This document shows, piece after piece, positions 48,103 through 59,269 of a DNA stretch of 64,000 bases (the first letter of the stretch is position 1; each line of letters starts with the position of its first letter). The translations under genes and the position numbers were made by a program. Under the pieces are notes generated by a model that was given only the letters and a program-made list of their open reading frames with translations, was not told the origin of the DNA and made no database searches. Origin of the DNA: Raillietiella orientalis (taxonomy: Eukaryota). The stretch is from positions 1-64,000 of the forward strand of contig JAYWIR010000115.1 in NCBI GenBank assembly GCA_036172245.1, in the 5' to 3' direction.

Positions 48103-51100
48103 CACCTGGGCTCGCCTGTCTCCGTCGAATCCGCGTGGCCAGTTGGAACGTCAACGGTTTGCGCGACGACGGCAACAGACGAGATACGGCCGACACCCTG
48201 CGCGACTTCGACCTGGCCCTGCTGCAGCAGATCCACGTGATCACCTCGGCAGACGTCCAGGAGATCGAGGCGATCGCGGGGGGTCGACTGTACTGGCGAT
48301 GCGGCGCCCGCAACACCTGCGGGGTCGCGTTCTTCGTCAAGCAGGCCATCGACGCTGCCGTGAAGGGCGTACGCTTTGATGACGACGGTCGGGTCGGTCA
48401 GCTGATTCTCAGCTGGTCCGACTCGATCGAATTGATCGTCACGAAGGTGTACGCTTTCAGCGGAAAAGGGGGATACAGCGACCCTACCAGGCTGCTGGAA
48501 ACCCTGAAGCGCGATTGGCTGGCCGACACGAATGTGCGAAAGGCACACCTGATAGCTGGAGACTTCAATCTCCGTCTGCTGTCTGGTGAGCCCGAAGCAC
48601 AAGAACGCACGGCCAACGAGTTGTGCGCTGCCATGCGCACGCGCAACTTGTTGGCAGACGCGGAGGGAATGGACCGCAGCATCGACCACTTCTTCCTGGA
48701 TGTCGACCTGTGCTCACGGGTCGGCAAACGGGGAAAAGTTGCGTCGACGCTGTCGGACCATTCCAGGATCATCGCCGAGGTTTGCCCGCGCAACAAATGA
48801 CCCCCGTCCAGGGCGTGGCGCCTGCCTGGGGACTGGACGCGGCTCTCAGGTGCGAAAGAACACCTTCGCGAATTCCTGAGAGGCGTCACCCTCCGCAGTC
48901 TCCAAGACTGGGACCTCTTCAAGGCCTCGGTCCGCGAGTTCTGCGAGGAGTTTCCCCTGCACCGCCTGCCCCCCGGATTCGGTGAGGGGGCTCGGAACCA
49001 TCGGGCTTATCTACAGGCCGGCCGGTACGAGAGGACCCCGAATGTCCGTCGCCTCGCGGAATATCGAGCCGGGGCCGAACGCCAAGCCTGGCAATCCGGG
49101 TCGGCCAGCTTGCTGGACGACCAGGGCCGGGAGCGATCCTCCCCAACCGCGATCAGGCACCTCGTGCGACGTTCTTACTCCTCCCTCTACTCTAGGGCAC
49201 CCCTAGAGCGGAACGCCTCGCGGCTGCTGCTCCCGGATGGAGCCCCGGCAATAGGGGAGGAGAAGAAGATCAGCCTCAACGAGCCTTTTTCTACCGGTGA
49301 AATTCTCGCCGGTATTGAAAGGCTCAAGAGGCGAAAGGCGCCATGGGAGGACGGCCTGCCTGCGAAATTTTTTCAATGTTTCGCGGCAGAGCTGGCACCT
49401 CTGGTGCTTCAGTTGACCGGGCTGATCCGAGACGAAGGCAACGTTCCCGCCTCGTTTCGGTCAGCCCGTGTGAGGCTCCTACCGAAGGGAGGAGACCTGA
49501 GATCGTTGGGCAATTGGCGTCCGATCACAATCGTCAATACGGACGCCAAGCTGATCGCTGGACTGTGGGCTTCGCGTCTAGGACAGGTGGCAGACTCCAT
49601 AATTAGCCCGGAGCAGACGTACGCTGTTCCCGGGCGAAGTATGGATGCCAACCTGTTCTTCGCGAGCACGTGGTTCCATGTGCAGTGCTGCCTGAAAGAC
49701 ACAGGGGGAAAGATTGGCAACCCCACTTTGGGACCGCCACTGGGCTGGGAATGGATACCCGGACTGGGAAGGGAGCCCTAGCAATCGCGGTCGATCTCCA
49801 CAAGGCGTTTGACTGCGTAGAACAGGAACTCCTCTTGGAGCTCATGGGTCGCATGGGCTTCCCACCCTCCCTGATTTCCTACCTGCGCTCATGCTGGCGC
49901 AATGCCATTGTCAACATCGTCTTTTCCAGCCAACAGGTGTACGGCGTGCCGGTGAGGCGGGGCATAGGGCAGGGCGATAGCCTCAGTCCCCTGCTCTTCA
50001 CCACCTACTTTGAGTTGGTGCTGAGAGCGTACAGGGTGACTTTGGCTGCCCTGCCCAGCTCGTGCCCCGGCACGCCCGCCGTTGCAGCATACGCCGACGA
50101 TCTTCTGCTCATGTTGCCCATGTCCGCCCCGGCAGCCACAGTCGAGGATTTCTTCGACCTGCTAAGTCGTGGGACTGGACTGCGTGTAAACAAGGCGAAG
50201 TCGTCGGTCGTACCCGTGGGTGCGACGTGGGTCGGACGGCCTGACAGGATCCGCTTGGGGATTTCCACGGCCAGGTACCTGAAGTACCTGGGTGACCCGT
50301 TGGGGGACTTCTGCCTTGCAGAAGCCTGGTCAGGTCGTCTCCAGAAGGTAGAGTTGGCAATCGGCCCGTTCCTGGAAGGCAAGTTCCTTCTGCCGTAACG
50401 GACCGCGGTGTGGAACGCCTTCGCGGCTCCCATCCTCCGCGTCCTGCTTTTTGTGTGTTCCGTCCCCCGTGACATTAAAAAGAAGACAAAAGACCTATTC
50501 CGCATCGCCCTCTGGGGCAGCGGGAGGCCACGTGTGCCTCTGCAGGACTTGTGCGCTCCGCGTCGGGACGGCGGCCTTGGCCTCCTGACGCTGAAGCGCG
50601 TGGAAATCCAGCTGCGGTGGCGAACCCTCGCCATCGCAGCGAAGATTTGGAGCACCCCTTGGTGCGTTCCGGCCCGCCACCTCGCCAGGCGTGTGTCCCG
50701 ATGCGAAGGACTCGCGTCGTTTCTTCTGTGCCCTGGCCGGAAGATCCGAAGATGCGGCCTTATGCTCGGACGCATAGCAACCTTGGCGAAGACGAATGGT
50801 TGGATGGTTTGTGGCCCCGCGAACTCCTCCGCCTGGTTGGAGGAGTCTGCTGGCACATGGGCTAAGCTGAACCGGAGGAGCGAAAACCACATGAACTGCC
50901 TGCGAATCGGCCCATACGCCAACCGCACCCTGCGGGAAATACTGGAATTTCCTCGGAGTCGCAGGTGGGCGTTGACGACCCCCCTTGCTACGGCGATGCC
51001 CTACCTCCTGAGGGCGCTTCAGGATTGCCAGAAGCCGAGGTGGCAAGTCACCTGCCAGATCGCAGGCAGGGAGAAGATGTTAAGCGGCTGGACCACAGGA

Positions 51101-51697
51101 GAACTGGCGGACGCCACGACCCCGAGCGTCCAGCCGCGTGGACTAATGAGATGGGGCGAGCTGCTCGCCATCCCTGCGGATGTGCTGAAGTGGCCCCCGG
51201 TACTGAAGGAATCCAGGATCTTGCCCCTTAAGTGGCAAGAGTCGGCGTTGCTACTGCTGCACTGGGGTTTACCCTGCAACGCACGCCGCTTCCACTGGAC
51301 AAGGGGAGCTGTGGATCCTGAGTGTGTCAGGTGTGGAGAGCGGGAATCGCTCTCCCAACTTATTGTGGACTGTGCTGCCATCCGACCCCTCTGGGAATGG
51401 TTCGGGGCGACCCTCGGGCTCCATACGGGCAGCACCCCCAGAGACATTCTTCGGCCCCTCTTCGTGAAGGACGCACTGCAGTCAGCCGCAGCCATCGCAG
51501 CCTTGTGCTGTGTCCGTGGCATCGTGGTGGCATGGAGCGCCGCCAATAACGAAGAAGTGGGTCCACACGCGAGGGATGTAATCCCATACGCCCAGCGCTT
51601 CATGCGGTGAGCTGCCGGATGGCCCCATCTGGAGAATATACATACGGACCTCGAGGGCTTCCTTCAACGGATGGGCCCTCCTCACAGCGTTTAGTGA
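48102..51697 (+). pseudogene. Retrotransposon ORF2 (EN-RT-zf), few stops and about one frameshift
   Basis: ORFs 48135-48800, 49110-49781, 49670-50398, 50408-51610; YADD intact; CVRCGERES zinc finger. Confidence 0.92.
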
Positions 51698-51909
51698 TCC
51701 CTTCCCAACCCTCCAACTTCTTTTTGTCTGTTCATTTTTTTTATTTTTCTTTTTGTTTTATCCCCATCCCCCTTCGCTGCTAAGGAACGCTACGCTTGGC
51801 TGCGTCCCGGCGTCCCGGTAGGTCCAGTGCATATGGCCGTGAGCGGGGCCTTGTACCGCGGATGTAGAGTTTTTTAAAAATAAACGCCCCGGGCGTACCC
51901 GGGTGTATA

Positions 51910-53317
51910 CCTCCAAGGCTAAGAAAAAGGCAGTTAGGCGTCCGGCCTCAAGCGAGAAGTCGATAACTTCCGACACCGAAGCGCAGGCCGGAAACCAAGT
52001 TTCCATCTCCGCGGCACCCCGCCTGAAGGCTGGAAGGAAGTCCAGCAAACCCGAAAAGCCCCTCTCCAGCCCGAAGGCATGGAGATGACCTCCGACTGCG
52101 AGGGTGCCATGAGCGTGAGAGAATCCCGGGAATCGTCATTCGAGAGACCATCACGCACAGACACGGAGGAGATGGAGTTGGTTGAAGCCGGAAAGGTACC
52201 CAAGGTGCCTGAGGAGGCCGAAACCCTAATGGCCATCTTACTCGCCTCGGAAGAGGCGGCTTCCCCCACACCGTCATCTTCCCGGCAGTCATGCCGGGAA
52301 TCTCCTCCCGCCGTCGTCGGCGCATCGCCGTTTGGAACGTGAACGGCATCACAGACGCCGGCACGAGACGAGACATGACCGCCATTCTAGGATCGTTCGA
52401 CCTTGCGCTGCTGCAGGAGATCCATGTGATCTCTGCAGAACAAGCGCAGAAGATCAAACGCATATCCAAAGGGCGGCTGTGGTATCGGAGCTGAACATAG
52501 AGAAGTTGTAATCTCGCCTACCTGCTTCGGCCCGCCATCGAGGCCGCTGCCCGTGGAGTGCGGTTCGACGATCACGGTCGTGTCGGCCAGCTTACTCTAA
52601 GTTGGTCCGACTCGATCGACCTCATCGTGACGAACGTTTACGCTTCGAGCGGAGCGGAACTGACGAGCAGGAGGGCAAGGAAAGAATTTTTGCTTGCCCT
52701 CCATCGCGACTGGTTGACCGAGGCAGGCGTGCGGAATGCCCATCTGGTTGCAAAGGATTTTAACGTTCGCCTGGAACCGGATGGGCCGAATCACGAGCGT
52801 GACCTGGTCAGCGAGGTTTGCCCGGCTGTGCACAATTGTAATTTGTTGGCCAGATTATCAGGGATGGAGGACAACATCGATCAAGTGTTACTTGACGAGC
52901 ACCTGTGCACTCGTGTGGGCAGGCGCTGCAAGTTACCGTGCGAGTTGTCCTACCATCGACCAATCGTAAGTGAAATCCAGCCGCGCGACAGGGGCCCCTC
53001 TCGTCAGCGTGGGGTTAACCAGGGGACTGGCTGAAGCTCCCGGACGCGAAGGAACATATCCGCACGTTTATGCGGAGCATCAGGATGCAGACACTCCAGG
53101 ATTGGGACCGCTTCACACGGTCGGTACAGGAGGTCTGCGACCAGTTCCCTCTGCACCGCATACCTGCGGAATTTGGGGATGGGCTATGTAACGAATGAGC
53201 CTATCTGCAGGCTCGCCGTTACGCCAGGACCCCCGCCATCCGAAGGCTGGCGGAATACAAAGCGGGAGCCGAGAGGCAAGCCTACAGTCAGGATCGGCCA
53301 CCTTGCTGGACGATCAG
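51910..53317 (+). mobile_element. Subfamily E fragment (ORF1 end, EN, linker to LLDDQ)
   Basis: Colinear, highly similar copy of about 41500-42907. Confidence 0.88.
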
Positions 53318-54754
53318 CCGCGCGAGTCGCTAAAGGAATGCCGCGTTACAATAGAACGCGTTCCGTCGATCGAGCGTGGATCGGCGAACGCGACTCCCGC
53401 AACCGTCGCAAACGCCTCGGAACAACAGCAGGAAATCTGCAGCAACCATGCGAGTAGCAGCGAGGGAAAGAATTTCGCGAAGGCGGCGGAGGAACTCTCA
53501 GCCACTTTAATGCAGCCACCTAAGGCTGCAAAGAAGGCCGTCAGACGTCCAGCGGAAGTTAAGGGCCCGGAAGCTTCAGGGTTCGAGGCGGAAGCCGGAA
53601 ACCCTCCCACCGTCGCCCTTCGGAAGAGGAAGGCGGGCCGGAAGTCGCGCAACCCTATGAGCGTCGCTCCCCCTCAGGCTGAGCAGGAGGAGATGCGCTC
53701 GGATAGCGAGGAGGCGATGTCCGCGAGGTCGCGGGATCCCTCTATCGACAGCATCCGGTCGGTCCTTCCTATCGACCTCAGTCCAGCTGCAGACGTTCCG
53801 GTCGTTGCCGAAACGCCACCACCGCAGATGGACAACGACGAGCCGCCTCTCGAACAGGAGGCGGCAATACACACGCCACCACCATCATTAGTATGATGCA
53901 TGGAATCGCCTCTTGCCGGCAGCTGCGTATAGTCTGCTGGAATGTCAACGGGCTGCGTAGCGAAAGCAAGAGGCGTAGCGTGGCCGACATTCTGCGACCT
54001 TTCGACCTGGCACTTCTCCAGGAGGTGCATGTCCTCAGAGCAGAGGACGTCCAGGAAATCGAGAGGCTCACGGGGGGGAGGCTACTTTGGCGTGGTGGAG
54101 GAGATTACTCCCGCGGAGTGACCTTCCTGCTGAAGCCGGCAGTCGCCTATGCAGTGCGCAGTGCACAGTTCGAAAAGGAAGCTCGAGTCGGACAACTTGT
54201 CCTCAAGTGTTCCGAATCCATCGACCTCCTAGTTGCGAACGTGTACGCCCCCTGTACCAGCCACAGGCGCGCAGAACGCACTGCGTTCTTCGAAGCCCTG
54301 CGGCGAGACTGGCTGACCGAAGCAAGCGTGCAGCGGGCGCATCTGATAGCGGGAGACTTCAACGTCCGCCTGCTGTCGTATACGCTCGACATAAGAGCAC
54401 AATTGGTCAACGAGTTGTGTGCGGCTATACACACACGCAACTTGTTGGCCGATGAAGCCAAGGTGAGAAGCAGAATCGACCACGTGTTCCTCGATAACCA
54501 CTTGTGTACGCGGGTGGGAACTCGAAGAGCAATTGCGTCGGAGCTGTCCGATCACCCTCGGATAGTAATCAACATCCATCCGAGCGACAGAGGTCCACCC
54601 TCCGAAGCGTGGCGCCTGCCGGGAGACTGGTTGCGACTCGCAGGAGCGCGCGAACATCTGCGCGCATTCCTGCGTAGTTGCGAATTGCAGACTCTCGCTG
54701 ACTGGGAGAAAATAAAACGCTCAGTCCGAGAGTTCTCTCTCCAGGTTTCGGCGA
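53318..54754 (+). mobile_element. Subfamily A-type fragment (ORF1 C-half, complete EN, ends at GFG)
   Basis: KECRVTIERVP, FAKAAEEL; EN ORF 53893-54831 with all catalytic motifs; ends GGTTTCGGCG(A). Confidence 0.9.
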
Positions 54755-57624
54755 TGCCACCCGGATACGCCAGGACGTTTATTGAAAACATTCCGACAGT
54801 CAATACAGAACGTGGTACAAGGTTCCACTGACAGCCACGCAATACCGGAACTGCGGGGACACCGGGACGCAGCTTGGTGTGGCTGTCCTCGGCAGTGGAG
54901 TGGGATGGGGGAGAAAACAAAAATTAAATAAAGGAGAAAAACAAACCACAAAAAAAGTTTGGTGGGCCGGGAAGGGATCACAGAATACTGCTGGGAGGGC
55001 CCATCCTTTGCAGGATGCCTTCTAGTTCCATTTTCAGTTTTCCTAGATGGGACCATCGGGTACCTCTCTGCAGGAAGCGAGAAGCATACTCGTTGACGTC
55101 CCTCACGATGCAGTCTTCATCTTCGGCATCACTCCAGGCCGCCGCGATACCACGAATGCAGCAAAGTGTTGCCAGGGCTGAGGCTGGACTGAGAACGTCC
55201 CGCACGAAGACAAGACTGAAGACACATCTAACATTGCCACCATCCGGTATCCCAAGTGCCGTTTTAAGACAATCCCAAAGAATCCGGACGCAGGGCATTG
55301 AACTCAGAGGTGGGGGAGCGAATCCAGCTCCCCACACCTGGCACACGCAGGATTTACTCTTCCCCGCGTCCAGTGGAAGCTGCGCGGGTTGCAGGGTAGA
55401 CCCCAATGCAGCCACAGAAGCGCCGATTCTTGCCACTTCAGGAGAAGAATTCTGGATTCAAGTACAACCGGGGGCCACTTCAGGTCATCCAATCGAATGC
55501 CGAGCATCTCGCCCCATCTTCTCAATCCACGCGGCTGGAGACTAGGGGTCGTTGCATCTGTCTACTCTCCCATGGTCCAGCCGCTTATCATCTTCTCTCT
55601 GCCTGCGATACGGCAGCAGACTTGCCACCTTGGCTTCCGGGTTTCGTGAAGCGCCCTTTGGAGGAAGGGCATCGCCGTAACAAGGGGTGTGCCTTCCGCC
55701 TACGTGCAACTCGGTGGAAATTCAAGAATTTCACGGAGAGTTCGGCGGGCGTAAAAGCCGACTCGCAGGCAGTTCATCCGGTCTTCGCAGCTGTGGTTCT
55801 GCTTGGACCAGGTGCCAGCAGTCTCTTCCAGCCAAGCGGAGGAGTTGGCAGGGCTACAAGCCATCCAGTCGTTCTCCTTTGCCAGGGTTGCCATGCGGCC
55901 GAGCAGTAGTCCGCATCTTCGAATCTTCCGGCCAGGGCACAGAAGAAAGGATGCGAGTCCTTCGCAGCGGGACACACGCCTGGCCAGGAGGCGGGCCGGA
56001 ATGCACCAAGCGGTGCTCCACATCTTCGGTGCGATGTTGAGGGTCCGTCATCGCAGCGAAGCATGTGGAGCCTCCCCTTGCCCCAAAGAACTATGCGGAG
56101 GAGGTCCTTCGTCCGCTTTTTAGATTCCACGGGGGCGGGGCAAACAAAAAGCAAGGGGCGGAGAATGGGGACCGCGGAGGCTTTCCAAACCGAGGCTTGT
56201 TCCGGCAAGTGTAACTTGCCTTCCAGGAACGGGCCGATTGCCCTCTCGACTTTTTGGAGGCAGCTGGACCACGCTTCCGCAGGAGAGAAGTCCCCCAACG
56301 GCACACCGAGGTACTTGATGCACCTCACCGTGAGAATCCCTATACGGACCCATTACTGCTGCCCTGCCCACGTCGCTCCAACTGGCAACACTGACGACTT
56401 CGCCCTGTTAACCTGTAATCCGGCCCCACGGCTAAGTAGGTCGAAGAAATCTCCGATCGCTTTCGCCGGGGTGGACATAGGTAAGAGGAGCAGAAGATCG
56501 TCGGCATACTCCGCTACTGCTGGCGTGCGGGGCACGAGCTCGGCAAGGGGGCCAAATTCACCCTGTACGCTCTCAGCACCAAATCAGCGTAGGTGTTTAA
56601 AAGCAGGGGGCTGAGGCTGTCGCCCTGCCTTAAGCCCCGCCGCACCGGCACGCCATACACCTTTTGTCCACTGAAAGTAATCGAGATTATCGCGTTCCGC
56701 CAGCAAGAGCGCAGCTTGCTAATCAAGGAGGGTGAGAAGCCCATACGACCCAGGAGCTCCAAGTTGAGTTCCTGGTCAACACAGTCGAATGCCTTATGGA
56801 GGTCCACAGCGATCACTAAGGCCCCCTTTCTTGCATGGGATTCCCTACCCTGTTCCACTGGCGGCCTCAAAGTGGGATTGCAAATTTTCCTGTTCCCTTC
56901 TTTCCTACTCCGCTGCGCGTGCATCCATGTGCTCGCGAAGAAGAGGTTGTCCTCCATACTTCGCCCGGGAACAGCGTAAGTCTGCTCCGGGCTAATTATG
57001 GAATTGGACAACTGCACTAATCGCGACGCCCATAGTCCGGCGATCAACTTGGCGTCCGTGTTCACAATTGTGATCGGACTCCAGTTGCTTAGTTTCCTGA
57101 GGTCCGCTCCCTTCGAAAGGAGCCTTACCCTAGCTGATTGAAACAAGGCGGGAACATCGCCCTTGTCTCGGATTTGCCTTGTCAACTCGAGCACCAGGGG
57201 GGCTTGCTCTTTCACGGAACTCTGAAAAAACTCCGCGGGCAAGCCGTACTACCCTGGCTCCTTACGCCTCTTGAGCCTTTTGATACCGGCAGGAATTCCA
57301 CCGATCGTGAAAGGCTCATCGACGCTTTCTCTTCCTTTCTCACCTATCGCCACGAAACCACTCATGAGCAATCGCCGCGAGGCGTCTCATTCGGGTGGTG
57401 TTTACGCGTAAAGGGAGGAATAAAAACACCGCACGAGATTGCGTACCGCAGACGGGGACGATCGTTCGCAACGCAGGTCATCCAGCATGCAGGCTGACCC
57501 GGATTGCCAGGCTTGTCGCTCGGCTCCGGCGCGGTATTCGGCAAGGCGACGGACATTGAGTCTCCTCTCGTGACGACGCGCGTGCAAATACGCGCGTTTG
57601 TTGCGAGCCCTTTTTCCAAATCCC
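54755..57624 (-). mobile_element. 3' half of an element (from GFG linker to 3' end)
   Basis: GFGKRARNKRAYLHARR, DLHKAFD, YADDLLL, CARCGELDSLPH; AATAAA + CCTGG-CGTAT-CCGGG terminus. Confidence 0.92.
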
Positions 57625-59269
57625 TTGGCGAGTGGACGTGTTTTTCCTGAGCTCTCGAGCGAGTCGGCAGGAAGCGGTTTTTTCTCTGTGCCTTTTTGTG
57701 TGGAATATCGTTTGTGTCTCATGGTAGCGATGCCTGAGGGCACTACGATGGAGGTAGGTTTGGGGGAGGCTTGCTCACTTCCACAGCCTACAGTATCACG
57801 GGCGTGCGCCCGGAATCACCCTCGCCGCCTGAGGCGAGGATCTGGAGCGCCATGGTGGCCGCGCCGAACGCGTAAACCATGGCCGAGATGGCAGCATACC
57901 GGGCAGCTGTGTACAAGCCCAGTCTGGTATACCAGGTAGGCAATCTCTTCGACGGGCGAACTGCACGCGCTTTTTCGAAGGCGCTGCAGAACGACAACGT
58001 ATTAGAGAAGGATGTTGACGGTCTATGCTTGCTCAGCGGGGGTCAGCGCGTCGAGGTTGTCTGCAAGGACATCACCTTGGCGCAAAGCTTGATTACTACC
58101 CCGCTGAACGTGTACGGACGCAAGATCCTTCCAGTCACGATGGACCGCTCCGTGGTTAACCATCTGACTGCCATCACCAGCCGCATGACGCGGTCTGCGC
58201 TTGGTGATCAGCTAAAAAAATATGGAGCCGTTCACGCGTTATGGCCAAAGGCCACAATCCTCGATGACTACGATAGCCTTTTCGAAGGGCAGGCCGCCGC
58301 GCGCGTGACGGTGAAGAAAGATAGTGGGCTTCCCCACAAACTAGAGGTCAATGACGAAGTCGTAGACCTCTGGTACGTGGGGAAACCACGCTTTTGTGGC
58401 TACTGCAAGGCAGTAGGACACTTGCGCAAGCGGTGCCCGAACATTGTGTGCCACTTATGCGGGGAGAAGGGCCACGTGCGCCGCGTATGCCCTAAACGCC
58501 TTACTCTGGTGCTGCCTGCCGCAAAAAAAGCGCAGGCAAAACGCGGAAAATTGGTCGAAAAATCAAAGAGAGATACTGGCCGGCAGCAGCCGCTAGCCCC
58601 CGTTCCTCCCACACAGGCGTGAGAAGAAAAACCTTCCGAAGACACGGAAGTCCAGGACAACTGGCAGCTGGTTAAGGCCAGCAAGGAGAAAAAGGTGTAC
58701 CCCGCGGAACCCGCGAATGCGGTCAAAAAGACAGCCGGCAAGGGGAAAACACCTGGGCCGCGCTCCAAGACCATGCGGGAATGTACGGTGGCACTGGAAC
58801 GCATAGCCGTTCCCGAGACTGCCACCCGGGGCGACGAGCCTTCCCTCGCCGTTTCCGCCGCGCCCGAGGTTCGCGACGGCGAACCCTCTGTTTACACAGA
58901 GGGTGAGCCGTGCGAAATAGCGACGGTCGAAGTCGAGGACGCCGCTTTCGCGTTGGCGGCGGAGGAGCTCGCGGCCACGCTGGCCGAGCGTGAGAACCCC
59001 TCGCGCAAGGCCGTGAGAAGGCCGGCTCCGGCGAAGAAGGCCCCCACAGGTGAGTTAGACCTGGGGGCCAGAAGTACATCCTCCTCCTCGGAGGCACACC
59101 CCAGGAAGTCGGGACGCAAGACCCAGAAACCCAGGAGGCGCCTCCCCTCCACCAGCGAGGAGGAGAAGGAAGGAAGCAGGAAGGTAGCGGAAGCGTGGGA
59201 ATCTTGGAAGGGAAACTCCCACGCTCGGAAGCCGTCGAGCTGGCCACCCTCATGGAGGACAATGAGCAG
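57625..59269 (+). mobile_element. Subfamily D element, 5' UTR + most of ORF1
   Basis: GAGTGGACGTGTTTTT at 57630; ORFs 57879-58622 and 58695 onward paralogous to 46355-47880. Confidence 0.9.

Larger units (their letters stand above)
46254..51909 (+). mobile_element. Full-length L1/Tx1-like element (subfamily D)
   Basis: GAGCGGACGTGTTTTT at 46263; ORF1, ORF2, 3' UTR, AATAAA + CCCGGG-CGTA-CCCGGG at 51879-51903. Confidence 0.95.

Noticed and set aside
47322..48689. Long antisense ORFs (also 2018-3001, 28836-30020, 29519-30679, 34956-36137, 50005-50928)
   Set aside because: Shadow frames of GC-rich ORF1/ORF2, with no motifs and not conserved in position.
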